A DNA stretch of 64,000 bases from Gammaproteobacteria bacterium. GTDB lineage: Bacteria > Pseudomonadota > Gammaproteobacteria > Burkholderiales > JAHFRG01. Position 1 is the first letter of the stretch, and each line of letters opens with the position of its first letter. Positions 30,748 to 39,774 of the stretch are shown here, piece by piece. Where the stretch lies: positions 86,745-150,744 of the forward strand of contig JBGQCF010000002.1 in the NCBI GenBank assembly GCA_041495205.1, read 5' to 3'. Both the position numbers and the translations under genes were made by a program. The notes beneath the pieces are model-generated. The model did no database searches. It was not told where the DNA came from and saw nothing but the letters and a program-made list of their open reading frames with translations.

Positions 30748-30767
30748 CTCATGATTTTCATGAGTTT
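30748..30767. promoter_or_regulatory. Candidate operator between pqqA1 and tonB
   Basis: Inverted repeat CTCATGA-N3-TCATGAG; 17 bp identical to 35808-35824. Confidence 0.65.
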
Positions 30768-30843
30768 ATAAGAGGTGAATTGCCTAAGTGCGCGGTTTGC
30801 ACTAACCTTGCATTATCCTTCAGCTTTTGCCCGTGGCCGTCCT

Positions 30844-31548
30844 GTGATTAGCGCGTATTTCCAAGTCGAATGGTACCGGCAGCCGCGCATTGTCGCGGCC
30901 TTGGTGTTTTCCATGCTGCTTCACGGCATGCTGGTGGCGCTGGCACCGGGGTGGCGCATACACAATTTTCAACCCCAGGTCGTGCTGAGCGTCGAGTTGC
31001 CCGCGATTGCCGTCCCGGAAACCGCCCCAGTGGTCCCGCAACCCAAGCCACAGCCACGAGAAAAGCCCTTGCCGCGGCCGGTTGCAGTCGAACGTACGCC
31101 AAGCGAATTCGCGGTGCCCAAGACGCCGGAAAACCCCAAGGAATTGCCGCAACCGGCGGAGCCGGTGCAGGAAACATCGGTCGAAAACAAGTCTGCCGCT
31201 CTTGAGCCTGCGAAGCCCGCGCTTAGCGAAAAAGCCAATCCGGTTGCAGAAACCGTGTGGCTGGAGGGTTACGGCAGAACGCTTTCCACGCTGATTTCCC
31301 GTTATCAACGCTACCCGCATGTAGCGTTGCTGCGCGGTTGGCAAGGCACGACGCAATTGCAGCTTGTACTTTCCGGAAGCGGCAAGATGCTGAACGCCGC
31401 CGTGTTGCGCTCAAGTGGTTTTGAAGTACTCGACAACCAGGCACTGGAGATGGTGCAGCGGGCCGCCCCATTCCCGCAGCCGCCGGAAGCGCTGCGGGGG
31501 CGTAACGTGACAGTGATGGTACCGATAGTCTTCAAGCTCAACGACTGA
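30844..31548 (+). CDS. TonB-family energy transducer
   Basis: SMLLH TM anchor, Pro-rich linker, YP..A..RG.QG, SSG..LD..A; start uncertain. Confidence 0.88.
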   Translation: MISAYFQVEWYRQPRIVAALVFSMLLHGMLVALAPGWRIHNFQPQVVLSVELPAIAVPETAPVVPQPKPQPREKPLPRPVAVERTPSEFAVPKTPENPKELPQPAEPVQETSVENKSAALEPAKPALSEKANPVAETVWLEGYGRTLSTLISRYQRYPHVALLRGWQGTTQLQLVLSGSGKMLNAAVLRSSGFEVLDNQALEMVQRAAPFPQPPEALRGRNVTVMVPIVFKLND

Positions 31549-31557
31549 GCGTAAAAG

Positions 31558-32487
31558 ATAATCCGCCCGATAATCTATTCCTTGCTTCTTAGTCTCGGCC
31601 TGTTCCCGGCCGCGCACGCGCGCGAACTGACATCGCAGCAGGTCGCCCCTGACGTCTATGCTATTATCGGCAAGCGGCAAGCGCTGGTCCGGGCGAACCG
31701 CGGAGACATCAGCAACAGCGGCTTTATCGTCGGCACAACCGGCGTAATCGTAATTGATCCCGGCCCAAATTACACGCACGCCGAACTCTTATTATCTGCG
31801 ATACGTAAAGTTACGCCCAAACCGGTCGTGCTGGTGATTGACACCCATCCGCATCCCGAGAATGTCCTGGGCAACGATGCTTTTGCGCGGCGCGGCGTAA
31901 ACATCCTCGCGCACAGCCAGACCCTGCAGGCGATGCGCAGCCGCTGCGAGAAGTGCTATGAAAACATGCTCACGGTGTTAGGCGAAAAAATCATGGCCGG
32001 CACCGAAATCGCATTACCCAATATGACTGTGGATGAGAGCAGCGACATGACTGTTGCGGGGCGCGAACTGAGCCTGCTCTACTACGGCTGGGGGCATACC
32101 GAAGGGGATCTCGCGGTGCTCGACCGCGCAAGCGGAGTGTTATTCGGCGGCGGGCTGGTCTCATTGGACAGCATACCGGTGTTGCAACAGGCAAAGACCA
32201 AAGGCTGGATCAACGCGATAAAGCAATTGCAACGGCAGCCCATCAAGAAACTGGTGCCGGGCAATGGTCCGGTTTCCAAACCCGAGCGCTTGCAGGAAAC
32301 GCTGGACTACTTGCAAAGCCTGCTCGACCTGGTGGAGAGGCAATATAACGCCGGCATGAGCGTTTTGGACCTGTTGAAGCAAGTCGAACTGCCGGCCTAT
32401 AGGAAGTGGGCGCTCTATTCCGAACAGCATCCGTTGAACGTGCAGCATGTGTACAGCGAACTGGAAAGAGAAGATTTGGAGAAATGA
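31558..32487 (+). CDS. Periplasmic SoxH-like MBL-fold hydrolase (quinoprotein-associated)
   Basis: NRGDISNSGFIVG, IDPG, THPHPENVLGN, GHTEGD; signal peptide appears to start at ATA 31558 (first canonical start TTG 31582). Confidence 0.8.
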   Translation: MIRPIIYSLLLSLGLFPAAHARELTSQQVAPDVYAIIGKRQALVRANRGDISNSGFIVGTTGVIVIDPGPNYTHAELLLSAIRKVTPKPVVLVIDTHPHPENVLGNDAFARRGVNILAHSQTLQAMRSRCEKCYENMLTVLGEKIMAGTEIALPNMTVDESSDMTVAGRELSLLYYGWGHTEGDLAVLDRASGVLFGGGLVSLDSIPVLQQAKTKGWINAIKQLQRQPIKKLVPGNGPVSKPERLQETLDYLQSLLDLVERQYNAGMSVLDLLKQVELPAYRKWALYSEQHPLNVQHVYSELEREDLEK

Positions 32488-33449
32488 GCGATTCCCTCTA
32501 TCCGGAAATCGAGCCTTATGCGCATGGCTTCCTTGAGGTAACAGGCGGACACCGTATTTATTACGAAGAATGCGGTAATCCTGCCGGCATGCCGGTGCTG
32601 TTCTTGCACGGCGGCCCGGGCAGCAGCTGCAATCCGGGGCACCGGCGCTTCTTCGACCCGCGGCATTACCGCATCATTTTGTTTGATCAACGCGGCTGTG
32701 GGCGCAGCCTGCCGTTTGCGGAGCTCAGCGAGAACACCACGGCTTTATTAATTGCGGACATCGAACGGCTGCGCACCACGCTCAGGATTGAGCGCTGGCT
32801 GCTGTTCGGCGGCTCCTGGGGCTCGACGCTCGCGCTCGCATACGCCGAGGCGCACCCGCACGCGGTGAGTGGTTTGATCCTGCGTGGGATTTTCCTGGGA
32901 AGCAAACAAGAACTCGACTGGTATTGTTATGGCCTGAAAAGCTTTGCGCCGGAAGCCTGGGCGCGTTTTTCCGGATTCGTACCCGAGGCGCGGCGCGATG
33001 ACTTGCTCGATTATTATTACCACGCCATACATCAATCGGATGCGCGCCTGGCGCTGGCAGCGGCGCGCGCCTGGAATGCCTACGAGAGCGAGTTGATGAT
33101 GTTGGGCGAACTGCAGCAGGAGGCAAAGCCTGAGCTTGCGGACGAGGCGGTGTTGGGAAGGGCACGGGTGCAGACGCATTATCTTTACAACCGCTGCTTT
33201 CTTGCCGAGAACCAGTTATTGCAAGGCTTGGCCCGGATACGCCAGCTTCCCGCGTGCATTTTACACGGCCGTTTGGACATGGTCTGCGCGGTGGCCACCG
33301 CGTATACTTTGCATGGCGCCTGGCCGGAAGCCCAGTTCACGGTGGTGGAGAACGCCGGTCATTCGGCTTCCACTCCGGCGCTCGCCGCAGCGCTGGTGGC
33401 GGCGACCGAGCGTTTCAAATCATTATTGCCGGGGGACCGCCCGCGATGA
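32484..33449 (+). CDS. pip: Proline iminopeptidase
   Basis: LYPEIEPY, HGGPG, DQRGCGRS, GGSWGSTL, LRGIFL, AGHS. Confidence 0.93.
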   Translation: MSDSLYPEIEPYAHGFLEVTGGHRIYYEECGNPAGMPVLFLHGGPGSSCNPGHRRFFDPRHYRIILFDQRGCGRSLPFAELSENTTALLIADIERLRTTLRIERWLLFGGSWGSTLALAYAEAHPHAVSGLILRGIFLGSKQELDWYCYGLKSFAPEAWARFSGFVPEARRDDLLDYYYHAIHQSDARLALAAARAWNAYESELMMLGELQQEAKPELADEAVLGRARVQTHYLYNRCFLAENQLLQGLARIRQLPACILHGRLDMVCAVATAYTLHGAWPEAQFTVVENAGHSASTPALAAALVAATERFKSLLPGDRPR

Positions 33450-35170
33450 GTTTAAGGTTTCGCATCAATCTCCTTATTACGGTGCTGATGCTGCTGTTCA
33501 TGGTGGGTATGGGCGTCATCATCGTGGACGACACCCGCAAATCAATCAAGGAAGAAATGGAGGGAACCAACCGCGTCACGGTGCAACTGCTGACTACAGT
33601 GCTCTACAGCAGCCAGTTTATTCCGGGAACCACCACGCAGCGGCAAGTGGTGCTCGATTTCCTGAAAAGCCTGGGGCGAGTGCGCGCCAGCGATATCAAG
33701 CTCCACGATGGTCTCGGCACACTGATCTATGAGTCGCCGCCCTCACAATACAAGGCAGGGCGCTCGGCACCGGAATGGTTTTCCCGTCTGGTTTCTCCAA
33801 GAGCCGAGGTGGTGACACTCAGAATTCAAGGGGGCATGCTGGTGATTACCCCCGATGCCTCGCGCTCCATACTCGACGCCTGGGATGACTTGCAATATCT
33901 GATATGGCTCGCCCTGGGATTTTTTATCGCGGTCAATGTTCTGGTGTTCTGGTTTATCGGGCGCTCGCTGCGCCCGCTTAACCAGATTCTCGATGGGTTG
34001 TCGCAAATGCAGCAGGGCAATTTTGATGTGCGCCTGCCGCAGTTTCCACTGCCTGAACTGTCCTCGATCAGCCACACTTTCAACCGCATGGCCGGGGCGC
34101 TGCAAGACAGCATGGTGGAGAACCGGCGTCTTGCCTTGATCGTCAAGCAATCCGGTGACGCCATCATGATTCACGATCTTCAGGGCAATATCTCGTTCTG
34201 GAACCCCGCGGCGGAACGCCTGTTTGGCTACACTGCGGAGGAAATCGCGGGACGTTCAGCGACTCTGCTTGCGCCTCCCGGCAGGGAAGACGAAATCAAG
34301 GAAAATCTGGAAATCGTCATGCGCCGCGGTCTGGTCGAAAATGTCGAGACGCAAAGGCTCGCCAAAGACGGCAGGCTGATAGATGTGTCCCTTTCCGCCG
34401 CGCCGCTGATTGATCCGCACAACGAATATGTGATCGGGGAGATTTGCAGCATGCGCGATATCACCGAGAGAAAGCGCGCCCAGCAAACCGCGCGCGAGCT
34501 TGAGGAAAACCGCCAGTTGACGCAGCTCATCCAGGGCCACGTCGAGGAAGAACGGCGCAGTCTGGCGCGCGAGTTGCACGACGAACTGGGGCAGTATGTC
34601 ACCGCGATTAAAACCATAGGCGCTTCGATTGCCAACCGTACCAGCGTGCCTGAAGTGCGGACCAGTGCGCAAACCATCGTTAGTGTCGCCGCGCGCATTT
34701 ACGATGCGATGCACAGCATCATCAGCCGGCTGCGTCCGAGCGCGCTGGATAATCTCGGGCTGACTGAAACGCTGCAGGACAGCATTGCCGCCTGGCAATC
34801 ACGGCACCCCGAACTGAAATTCAAACTCGATTTTTCGGGCAGGCTGGATGATCTCGGCGAAACCATTAATATTACGGTTTACCGCGTCGTGCAGGAGTGT
34901 TTGACCAACGTTGTTCGCCATGCCCAGGCCTCCAACGTGGAGATTGGGGTAAAGCGTGAGCCTGCAGCGGCGGGGACATGCGAAATGCTGCGACTTGCGG
35001 TGTGCGACGACGGCAAAGGCACGCCGGAAGAAGTGACGCCGGAGGGCCATTTTGGATTGCTCGGCATGCGCGAACGGGTGCAGGCTTTAAACGGCAGCTT
35101 TAGCATTGACAGCGCCGCAGACCATGGTTTTTGCGTAAACGTGACTTTGCCGCTTGAAGGAAAGAAGTGA
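33446..35170 (+). CDS. Sensor histidine kinase (HAMP-PAS-HisKA_3), MxcQ/MoxY-like
   Basis: Two TM helices, PAS, EERRSLARELHDELGQ, LRPSALD, DDGKG, GLLGMRER. Confidence 0.9.
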   Translation: MSLRFRINLLITVLMLLFMVGMGVIIVDDTRKSIKEEMEGTNRVTVQLLTTVLYSSQFIPGTTTQRQVVLDFLKSLGRVRASDIKLHDGLGTLIYESPPSQYKAGRSAPEWFSRLVSPRAEVVTLRIQGGMLVITPDASRSILDAWDDLQYLIWLALGFFIAVNVLVFWFIGRSLRPLNQILDGLSQMQQGNFDVRLPQFPLPELSSISHTFNRMAGALQDSMVENRRLALIVKQSGDAIMIHDLQGNISFWNPAAERLFGYTAEEIAGRSATLLAPPGREDEIKENLEIVMRRGLVENVETQRLAKDGRLIDVSLSAAPLIDPHNEYVIGEICSMRDITERKRAQQTARELEENRQLTQLIQGHVEEERRSLARELHDELGQYVTAIKTIGASIANRTSVPEVRTSAQTIVSVAARIYDAMHSIISRLRPSALDNLGLTETLQDSIAAWQSRHPELKFKLDFSGRLDDLGETINITVYRVVQECLTNVVRHAQASNVEIGVKREPAAAGTCEMLRLAVCDDGKGTPEEVTPEGHFGLLGMRERVQALNGSFSIDSAADHGFCVNVTLPLEGKK

Positions 35171-35817
35171 TGACCGCCTCCACGATACAAGTCATGCTGG
35201 TTGATGACCATGCAGTGGTGCGCATGGGATTCCGCCTGCTGCTTGAGGGCGCCCCTGACATGAAAGTGGTGGCGGAAGCTGTAAGCGGAGAGGAGGCCTG
35301 CCGCATCTATCAGGAAAAGCATCCCGATGTGGTGGTCATGGACATTTCCATGCCCGGGATCGGTGGTCTGGAAGCGGTCAACCGTATCATCGCCAAGGAT
35401 CCCGCAGCACACATTCTGGTATTGTCAGCGCACGAAGACACCATGCACCCGAGGCGCGTGTTGAAAGCAGGGGCGCTCGGTTATCTCAGCAAGCGCAGCG
35501 CCGCGGAAGAGTTGATACAGGCGATACGCCAGGTGGCGCAGGGCAAGACGTTTATTGAGCCTGGTATTGCCCAGCAACTTGCCATGCAGCAACTTACTGG
35601 AAACAAAAACCCTGTAGATGTGCTAAGTGCCCGGGAATTCGAAGTTTTCCTGCTGCTGGCTCAAGGCAAGACGGTGGCGGACATCGCTGCAATGCTGCAT
35701 TTGAGCCCGCGCACCGTGGGTACCCATTTATACAATATAAAACACAAACTTAACGCATCAAACTCGGCGGAAATCGCGCTCATAGCAATGCGCGCCGGCT
35801 TGATCCAAAACTCATGA
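35167..35817 (+). CDS. NarL/LuxR-family response regulator
   Basis: DDHAVVR, MDISMPG, LSAREFEV HTH. Confidence 0.93.
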   Translation: MMTASTIQVMLVDDHAVVRMGFRLLLEGAPDMKVVAEAVSGEEACRIYQEKHPDVVVMDISMPGIGGLEAVNRIIAKDPAAHILVLSAHEDTMHPRRVLKAGALGYLSKRSAAEELIQAIRQVAQGKTFIEPGIAQQLAMQQLTGNKNPVDVLSAREFEVFLLLAQGKTVADIAAMLHLSPRTVGTHLYNIKHKLNASNSAEIALIAMRAGLIQNS

Positions 35818-35824
35818 AAATCAT
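35808..35824 (+). promoter_or_regulatory. Candidate operator upstream of pqqA2
   Basis: AAACTCATGAAAATCAT, identical to the reverse complement of 30751-30767. Confidence 0.6.
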
Positions 35825-35929
35825 TAGGGCTGATTCAGGCTTTTCTGCCTTCCCCCGAGCCGGCATGTCAGTGACAATGGCGCTGTAAGTTTAGTCGTTA
35901 GTAACAACTTTTTCTAACTGGAGATAACC

Positions 35930-36004
35930 ATGGCCTGGAGCAAACCCGAGTTTACCGATATGCGTTTCGGTTTCGAAGTCACGATGTACATTCTGAACCG
36001 CTAA
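35930..36004 (+). CDS. pqqA: PQQ precursor peptide, copy 2 (absent from ORF track)
   Basis: MAWSKPEFTDMRFGFEVTMYILNR; GGAGA RBS. Confidence 0.97.
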   Translation: MAWSKPEFTDMRFGFEVTMYILNR

Positions 36005-36022
36005 TACGCGATCAAGCTTAAC

Positions 36023-36053
36023 AAAAAGGGCTGCTGAATAGCAGCCCTTTTTT
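36023..36053 (+). terminator. Intrinsic terminator after pqqA2
   Basis: AAAAAGGGCTGCT-GAAT-AGCAGCCCTTTTTT. Confidence 0.9.
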
Positions 36054-36236
36054 ATTTCCAGCCCCCGCTGCCACGTTATAAACCAGCCACGTGGCAAAAA
36101 ACAACGCCTGAGATAACGGCTGAAATCAACCGATGTGGTTGATTTCAAGCACCAGCCAAATAGCGCACAATTTATACGGCTTATGCCCGATTAGCGCCGG
36201 CAGATAAGGTGCATCGAGCCCTATACCGCGCCAGTC

Positions 36237-36264
36237 AAAAAAAAGCCGGGACTTAAGTCCCGGC
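36237..36264 (-). terminator. Intrinsic terminator
   Basis: Minus strand GCCGGGAC-TTAA-GTCCCGGC-T8. Confidence 0.9.
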
Positions 36265-36321
36265 GCAGAGAGGAAGTGGAGAACTACCATGAGCGTCAAA
36301 AAGCTTTAACAAGCACGCAGG
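36237..36321 (-). ncRNA. Putative sigma54-dependent small RNA (~85 nt)
   Basis: Bounded by a perfect -24/-12 promoter and a strong intrinsic terminator; CU-rich core TTCTCCACTTCCTCTCT. Confidence 0.7.
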
Positions 36322-36330
36322 CTAATAATG

Positions 36331-36347
36331 AGCAAGTCCCGTGCCAG
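36331..36347 (-). promoter_or_regulatory. Sigma54 promoter
   Basis: CTGGCACGGGACTTGCT matches TGGCACG-N4-TTGCW exactly. Confidence 0.88.
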
Positions 36348-36385
36348 AAGTAGCAAGCAAGTATTATGAGTTAGATGAAGGACAA

Positions 36386-37816
36386 TCAGCTGGTGCCCTT
36401 GAGGGCGTATTTTTCCATGCGGTAGCGCAGGGTCATGCGGCTTACTCCCAGCCTGCGTGCCGCTTCCGAAACGTTGCCGCCGGTGTCAAGCAGTGCGCGC
36501 TCGATAAGCACGCGTTCCGCAGCTTCCAAAGTGAGCCCTTGCAGCGGCAGTTCCCCGGTTGCCGGCACGGGCGCTTGCGACAAGCCAAGATCCGGAACAT
36601 TAATTGCCCCGCCCCGGCTCAACAGCACCGCGCGTTCCACCAGGTGTTTGAGCTCGCGCACGTTGCCCGGCCAGGGGTAGGCGCGCAAGGCATTTAAGGC
36701 GTCATCGCTGAACGAGGGATCAGGCAGCCCATAACGGCGGCTCATCTGCAGCGCGAAATGCCGCGCCAGCAATACCACGTCCTCTGCGCGCTCGCGCAAC
36801 GACGGCATGTTGAGCGTCACCACGTTGAGCCGGTAATAAAGATCGGCGCGAAACTGGCCTTGCGCAATCATTTCCGGCAGTTGCCGGTTGGTGCCGGCGA
36901 TTATGCGCGCGGCAAACGGCCGCTCCACTACCGAACCGATGCGCCGCGTCTTGCGCCGCTCAATCACATTAAGCAGCTTGGCCTGCAGTTCCAGCGGCAA
37001 CTCGCCGATCTCGTCCAGAAACAGCGTGCCGTCCTCCGCCGCCTCGATGAGGCCGGCGCGCGCGCCGTGGGCACTGGTGAACGCGCCTTTTTCATGGCCG
37101 AACAATTCAGCTTCGATCAGATCGCGCGGCAGCGAAGCGCAATCCACTTGCACGAAGGGCTGCGTTGAGCGCGGGCTTAACAGGTGCAACAAGCGCGCCG
37201 CCACGTCCTTGCCGCTGCCGGTTTCGCCGAGAATGAGCACCGTCGGGGCAGGCTCCGCGCCTTCTCCCGCAAGCTCGGCAAGGAGCCGGATTTGCTCGCG
37301 CACCCGCTGCATTGCCGGGCTGTCCCCCAGCAATTGCGCGCCTTCCACCGCATGGCTGTCGCGCTCGCGTGAATAATCGAGCTGATAGCGCAGCCGGGAC
37401 GTTTGCAATACTTTATTCACTGCGAGCAACAGCTCGTCGAGGTCAACCGGTTTTTTCAGATAATCCGCTGCGCCGAGTTTCATGGCGTGCACGGCATCGC
37501 TGATTTCGCCGTACGCGGTAAGCACGATCACCGGCGGCTGCCGGCTCTCCCCGGCGGAACGCAGCTCGGTGAGCAAATCCAGCCCGTTGCCGTCCGGTAG
37601 CCGCAAATCCAGCAGCACCAATTCCGGCGCGGCGTTGCGCGCCAGTTCGCGGCCTTCAGCAAGTGTGGCGGCCAGCAGGCATTCATGCCCGGCTTTTTCC
37701 AGGCGTTTTTTAACCGCGCGTCCGAACAGGCTTTCGTCTTCGATGACGAGAACCCGTGGCATGCCATGAAATTCCTTGGCCGGAGTTTGTGCCGTCATTA
37801 CTTTTTCTGTCATCAA
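36386..37816 (-). CDS. Sigma54-dependent response regulator (REC-AAA+-Fis HTH)
   Basis: DLRLPD, GETGSGKD, ELFGHEKGAFTSA, FLDEIGE, WPGNVREL, AARRLGVSR. Confidence 0.94.
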   Translation of the reverse strand: MMTEKVMTAQTPAKEFHGMPRVLVIEDESLFGRAVKKRLEKAGHECLLAATLAEGRELARNAAPELVLLDLRLPDGNGLDLLTELRSAGESRQPPVIVLTAYGEISDAVHAMKLGAADYLKKPVDLDELLLAVNKVLQTSRLRYQLDYSRERDSHAVEGAQLLGDSPAMQRVREQIRLLAELAGEGAEPAPTVLILGETGSGKDVAARLLHLLSPRSTQPFVQVDCASLPRDLIEAELFGHEKGAFTSAHGARAGLIEAAEDGTLFLDEIGELPLELQAKLLNVIERRKTRRIGSVVERPFAARIIAGTNRQLPEMIAQGQFRADLYYRLNVVTLNMPSLRERAEDVVLLARHFALQMSRRYGLPDPSFSDDALNALRAYPWPGNVRELKHLVERAVLLSRGGAINVPDLGLSQAPVPATGELPLQGLTLEAAERVLIERALLDTGGNVSEAARRLGVSRMTLRYRMEKYALKGTS

Positions 37817-39270
37817 TCTTCCTGTATTTGTTTCGGCAGTATGAGTCTCACTTCAGTGCCGTGCGGGTTGGACGATTGAAACTCGATTTTCCCGCCGTGC
37901 GCATCGCACACTTTCATTGCAAACGGGATTCCCAGCCCTGTACCAAAGCTTTTAGTTGAAGGACCGGGGCTCAAGTCGCCGGCTGCGGGCGTAAACGGCA
38001 TGCCTGAACCTTGATCGGCGATCATCAGCCGGACATCTTGTGCGGTTTCATTCATGCGAATTTCAAGCTTCCCTTGGCGCGGCGAAGCGTCCATTGCGTT
38101 GGCAAGCAGGCCGTGCAGCGCCTGCTCCACGAGTTGCACATCAAGGGCGATTTCAATCTGGCCATCCCATCCCTGGCGCACGACTTGTATCTCTTTTTCC
38201 GCGAGCCTGGGTTTGAGCAGTTCCAGCACATTGTCCACGAGCTGCGGCAGCTTGCAAAGCGAACGTTGCGCCTTGAGAGGATGCAGGTAGGAGAGCAGCG
38301 AATGCGTCCAGCGCTCCAGCCTGTCCGCGGTGCTGATTATTCCGGACAAGCCTTCGCGCAGTTCTGCCGACAATTCGGAGTTGTTGATGATCTGTGCTGT
38401 GGCGCGAATGCTCGCCAGGGGATTGCGGATATTGTGCGCCATCACCGGCACCAGGGCGCCGAGCGTGGCCTGTTTTTCGGCGCGCAACAGCGATTCGCGG
38501 CTTGTTGCGAGATCATCCGCCATTTGGTTTACCGTTTGGGCAAGAGTGACCAGTTCCGCCGCGCCCTTTTCCGGAACCTTGTGCGAAAGATCGCCGTGGC
38601 TGATCAAGGAAGCTGCTTCCTGCAATGCCGACAGAGGGCGGACGATGGCGCGCTGCATGAAGATCCGCGACAACAGCAGCAACACCACGGCAAGTAAAAT
38701 CGGCAGCAACAGCAGCAAAGGCGCAAGCTGGGTGAGGGTGGCGAGGTGGTTTTGCAATTCCGCTTGCTGCAATTGCAGCAGTTGCTCCAGCGCGTTGAAT
38801 GCTTCTTCGTAGCGGCCGAAGCCCGCCATTTCCAGGTCGGTGTCGAAAATCTTGCGCTTTTGCTTGAGCGGCATGCCGGCGCGCGCGCGAGTAATATCCG
38901 CGGCCTGCGCCTTGATGATGTTGTAAGCTTCGCGCAGGCGGTTAATGGCTTCGTGCTCCTCGTTGTACGCGGCGACGCTGTCGAGATTTTCAAGATGCAG
39001 CTCGATGCGCTTCTGGTATTCCTGGTACTGCCTGGCCGCGTCGGGATCGTTTAAAAAAACCGCGTCGAATACTTCCTTGACCTGGCGGTAGAGATTTCCG
39101 CGCATCTCCTGGATTTCCCCCACCATGGAATTGATGCGCAGCGATTCCTCCGATGATTGGTGCCACAGGTAAAGCCCGGCGCCGCCGAGCGCGCCGCTGG
39201 CCAGCACCAGCAGCAGATAACCGAGCGCGTAGAAAAGCATCAGGTGCTTAAGCGATCTGGCTTGAGCCAT
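37813..39270 (-). CDS. Sensor histidine kinase (HAMP-HisKA)
   Basis: Two TM helices, AHNIRNPL, DQGSG, STK..GTGLG. Confidence 0.92.
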   Translation of the reverse strand: MAQARSLKHLMLFYALGYLLLVLASGALGGAGLYLWHQSSEESLRINSMVGEIQEMRGNLYRQVKEVFDAVFLNDPDAARQYQEYQKRIELHLENLDSVAAYNEEHEAINRLREAYNIIKAQAADITRARAGMPLKQKRKIFDTDLEMAGFGRYEEAFNALEQLLQLQQAELQNHLATLTQLAPLLLLLPILLAVVLLLLSRIFMQRAIVRPLSALQEAASLISHGDLSHKVPEKGAAELVTLAQTVNQMADDLATSRESLLRAEKQATLGALVPVMAHNIRNPLASIRATAQIINNSELSAELREGLSGIISTADRLERWTHSLLSYLHPLKAQRSLCKLPQLVDNVLELLKPRLAEKEIQVVRQGWDGQIEIALDVQLVEQALHGLLANAMDASPRQGKLEIRMNETAQDVRLMIADQGSGMPFTPAAGDLSPGPSTKSFGTGLGIPFAMKVCDAHGGKIEFQSSNPHGTEVRLILPKQIQED

Positions 39271-39375
39271 CGAAATTCCGGAGGCAGGAACAAACCCTTA
39301 GCTTACTTGAGTATTGAATTAGCGGGAAACACTTAACCCCGCACCTTCTTCCCGCTGAACCGTGCTTCGCTGCAT

Positions 39376-39415
39376 TCCCTCTCCCCGCGTGCGGGAAGAG
39401 GGTAGGGGTGAGGGG
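39376..39415. repeat. REP-like palindrome
   Basis: TCCCTCTCCCCGCGTGCGGGAAGAGGGTAGGGGTGAGGGG; same family as 26124 and 41617. Confidence 0.8.
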
Positions 39416-39561
39416 CAATGGGACAGTTACATCTAAATAATGTCACGCTATCGAATCTTATCCCGTTACTTTAGCCCCTTAAACACGCGCATTGGATATT
39501 TTTTTGCAACGCGCACAAGGCCTTGGGAGGGTCACACCAAGCTGCGCCTATGCTGCGGTGA

Positions 39562-39578
39562 TTGGCATGACAGTTGCT
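39562..39578 (+). promoter_or_regulatory. Sigma54 promoter facing the porin gene
   Basis: TTGGCATGACAGTTGCT, with GG and GC correctly spaced. Confidence 0.72.
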
Positions 39579-39774
39579 AAGAAACAATGCGCTAAACCAA
39601 AGTGATATAAGCAGTATTGGGTTGAGTGTATCTTTTTTACAACACCCGCCTGAATATGTCGCTTTTATACTTGACACCCTGATTGCAACTGGGGCAGGAT
39701 GCTTACGCTAGATGTAAGTTTCAATATCAGGTTTACTGCACGGTGTGATCAATTTTTTTCAGGAGGAAAAAAAC

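Noticed and set aside
36289-36309. Plus-strand mini-ORF MSVKKL with a strong RBS
   Set aside because: Promoter and terminator are on the minus strand; the RBS-ATG is better read as the complement of the sRNA seed
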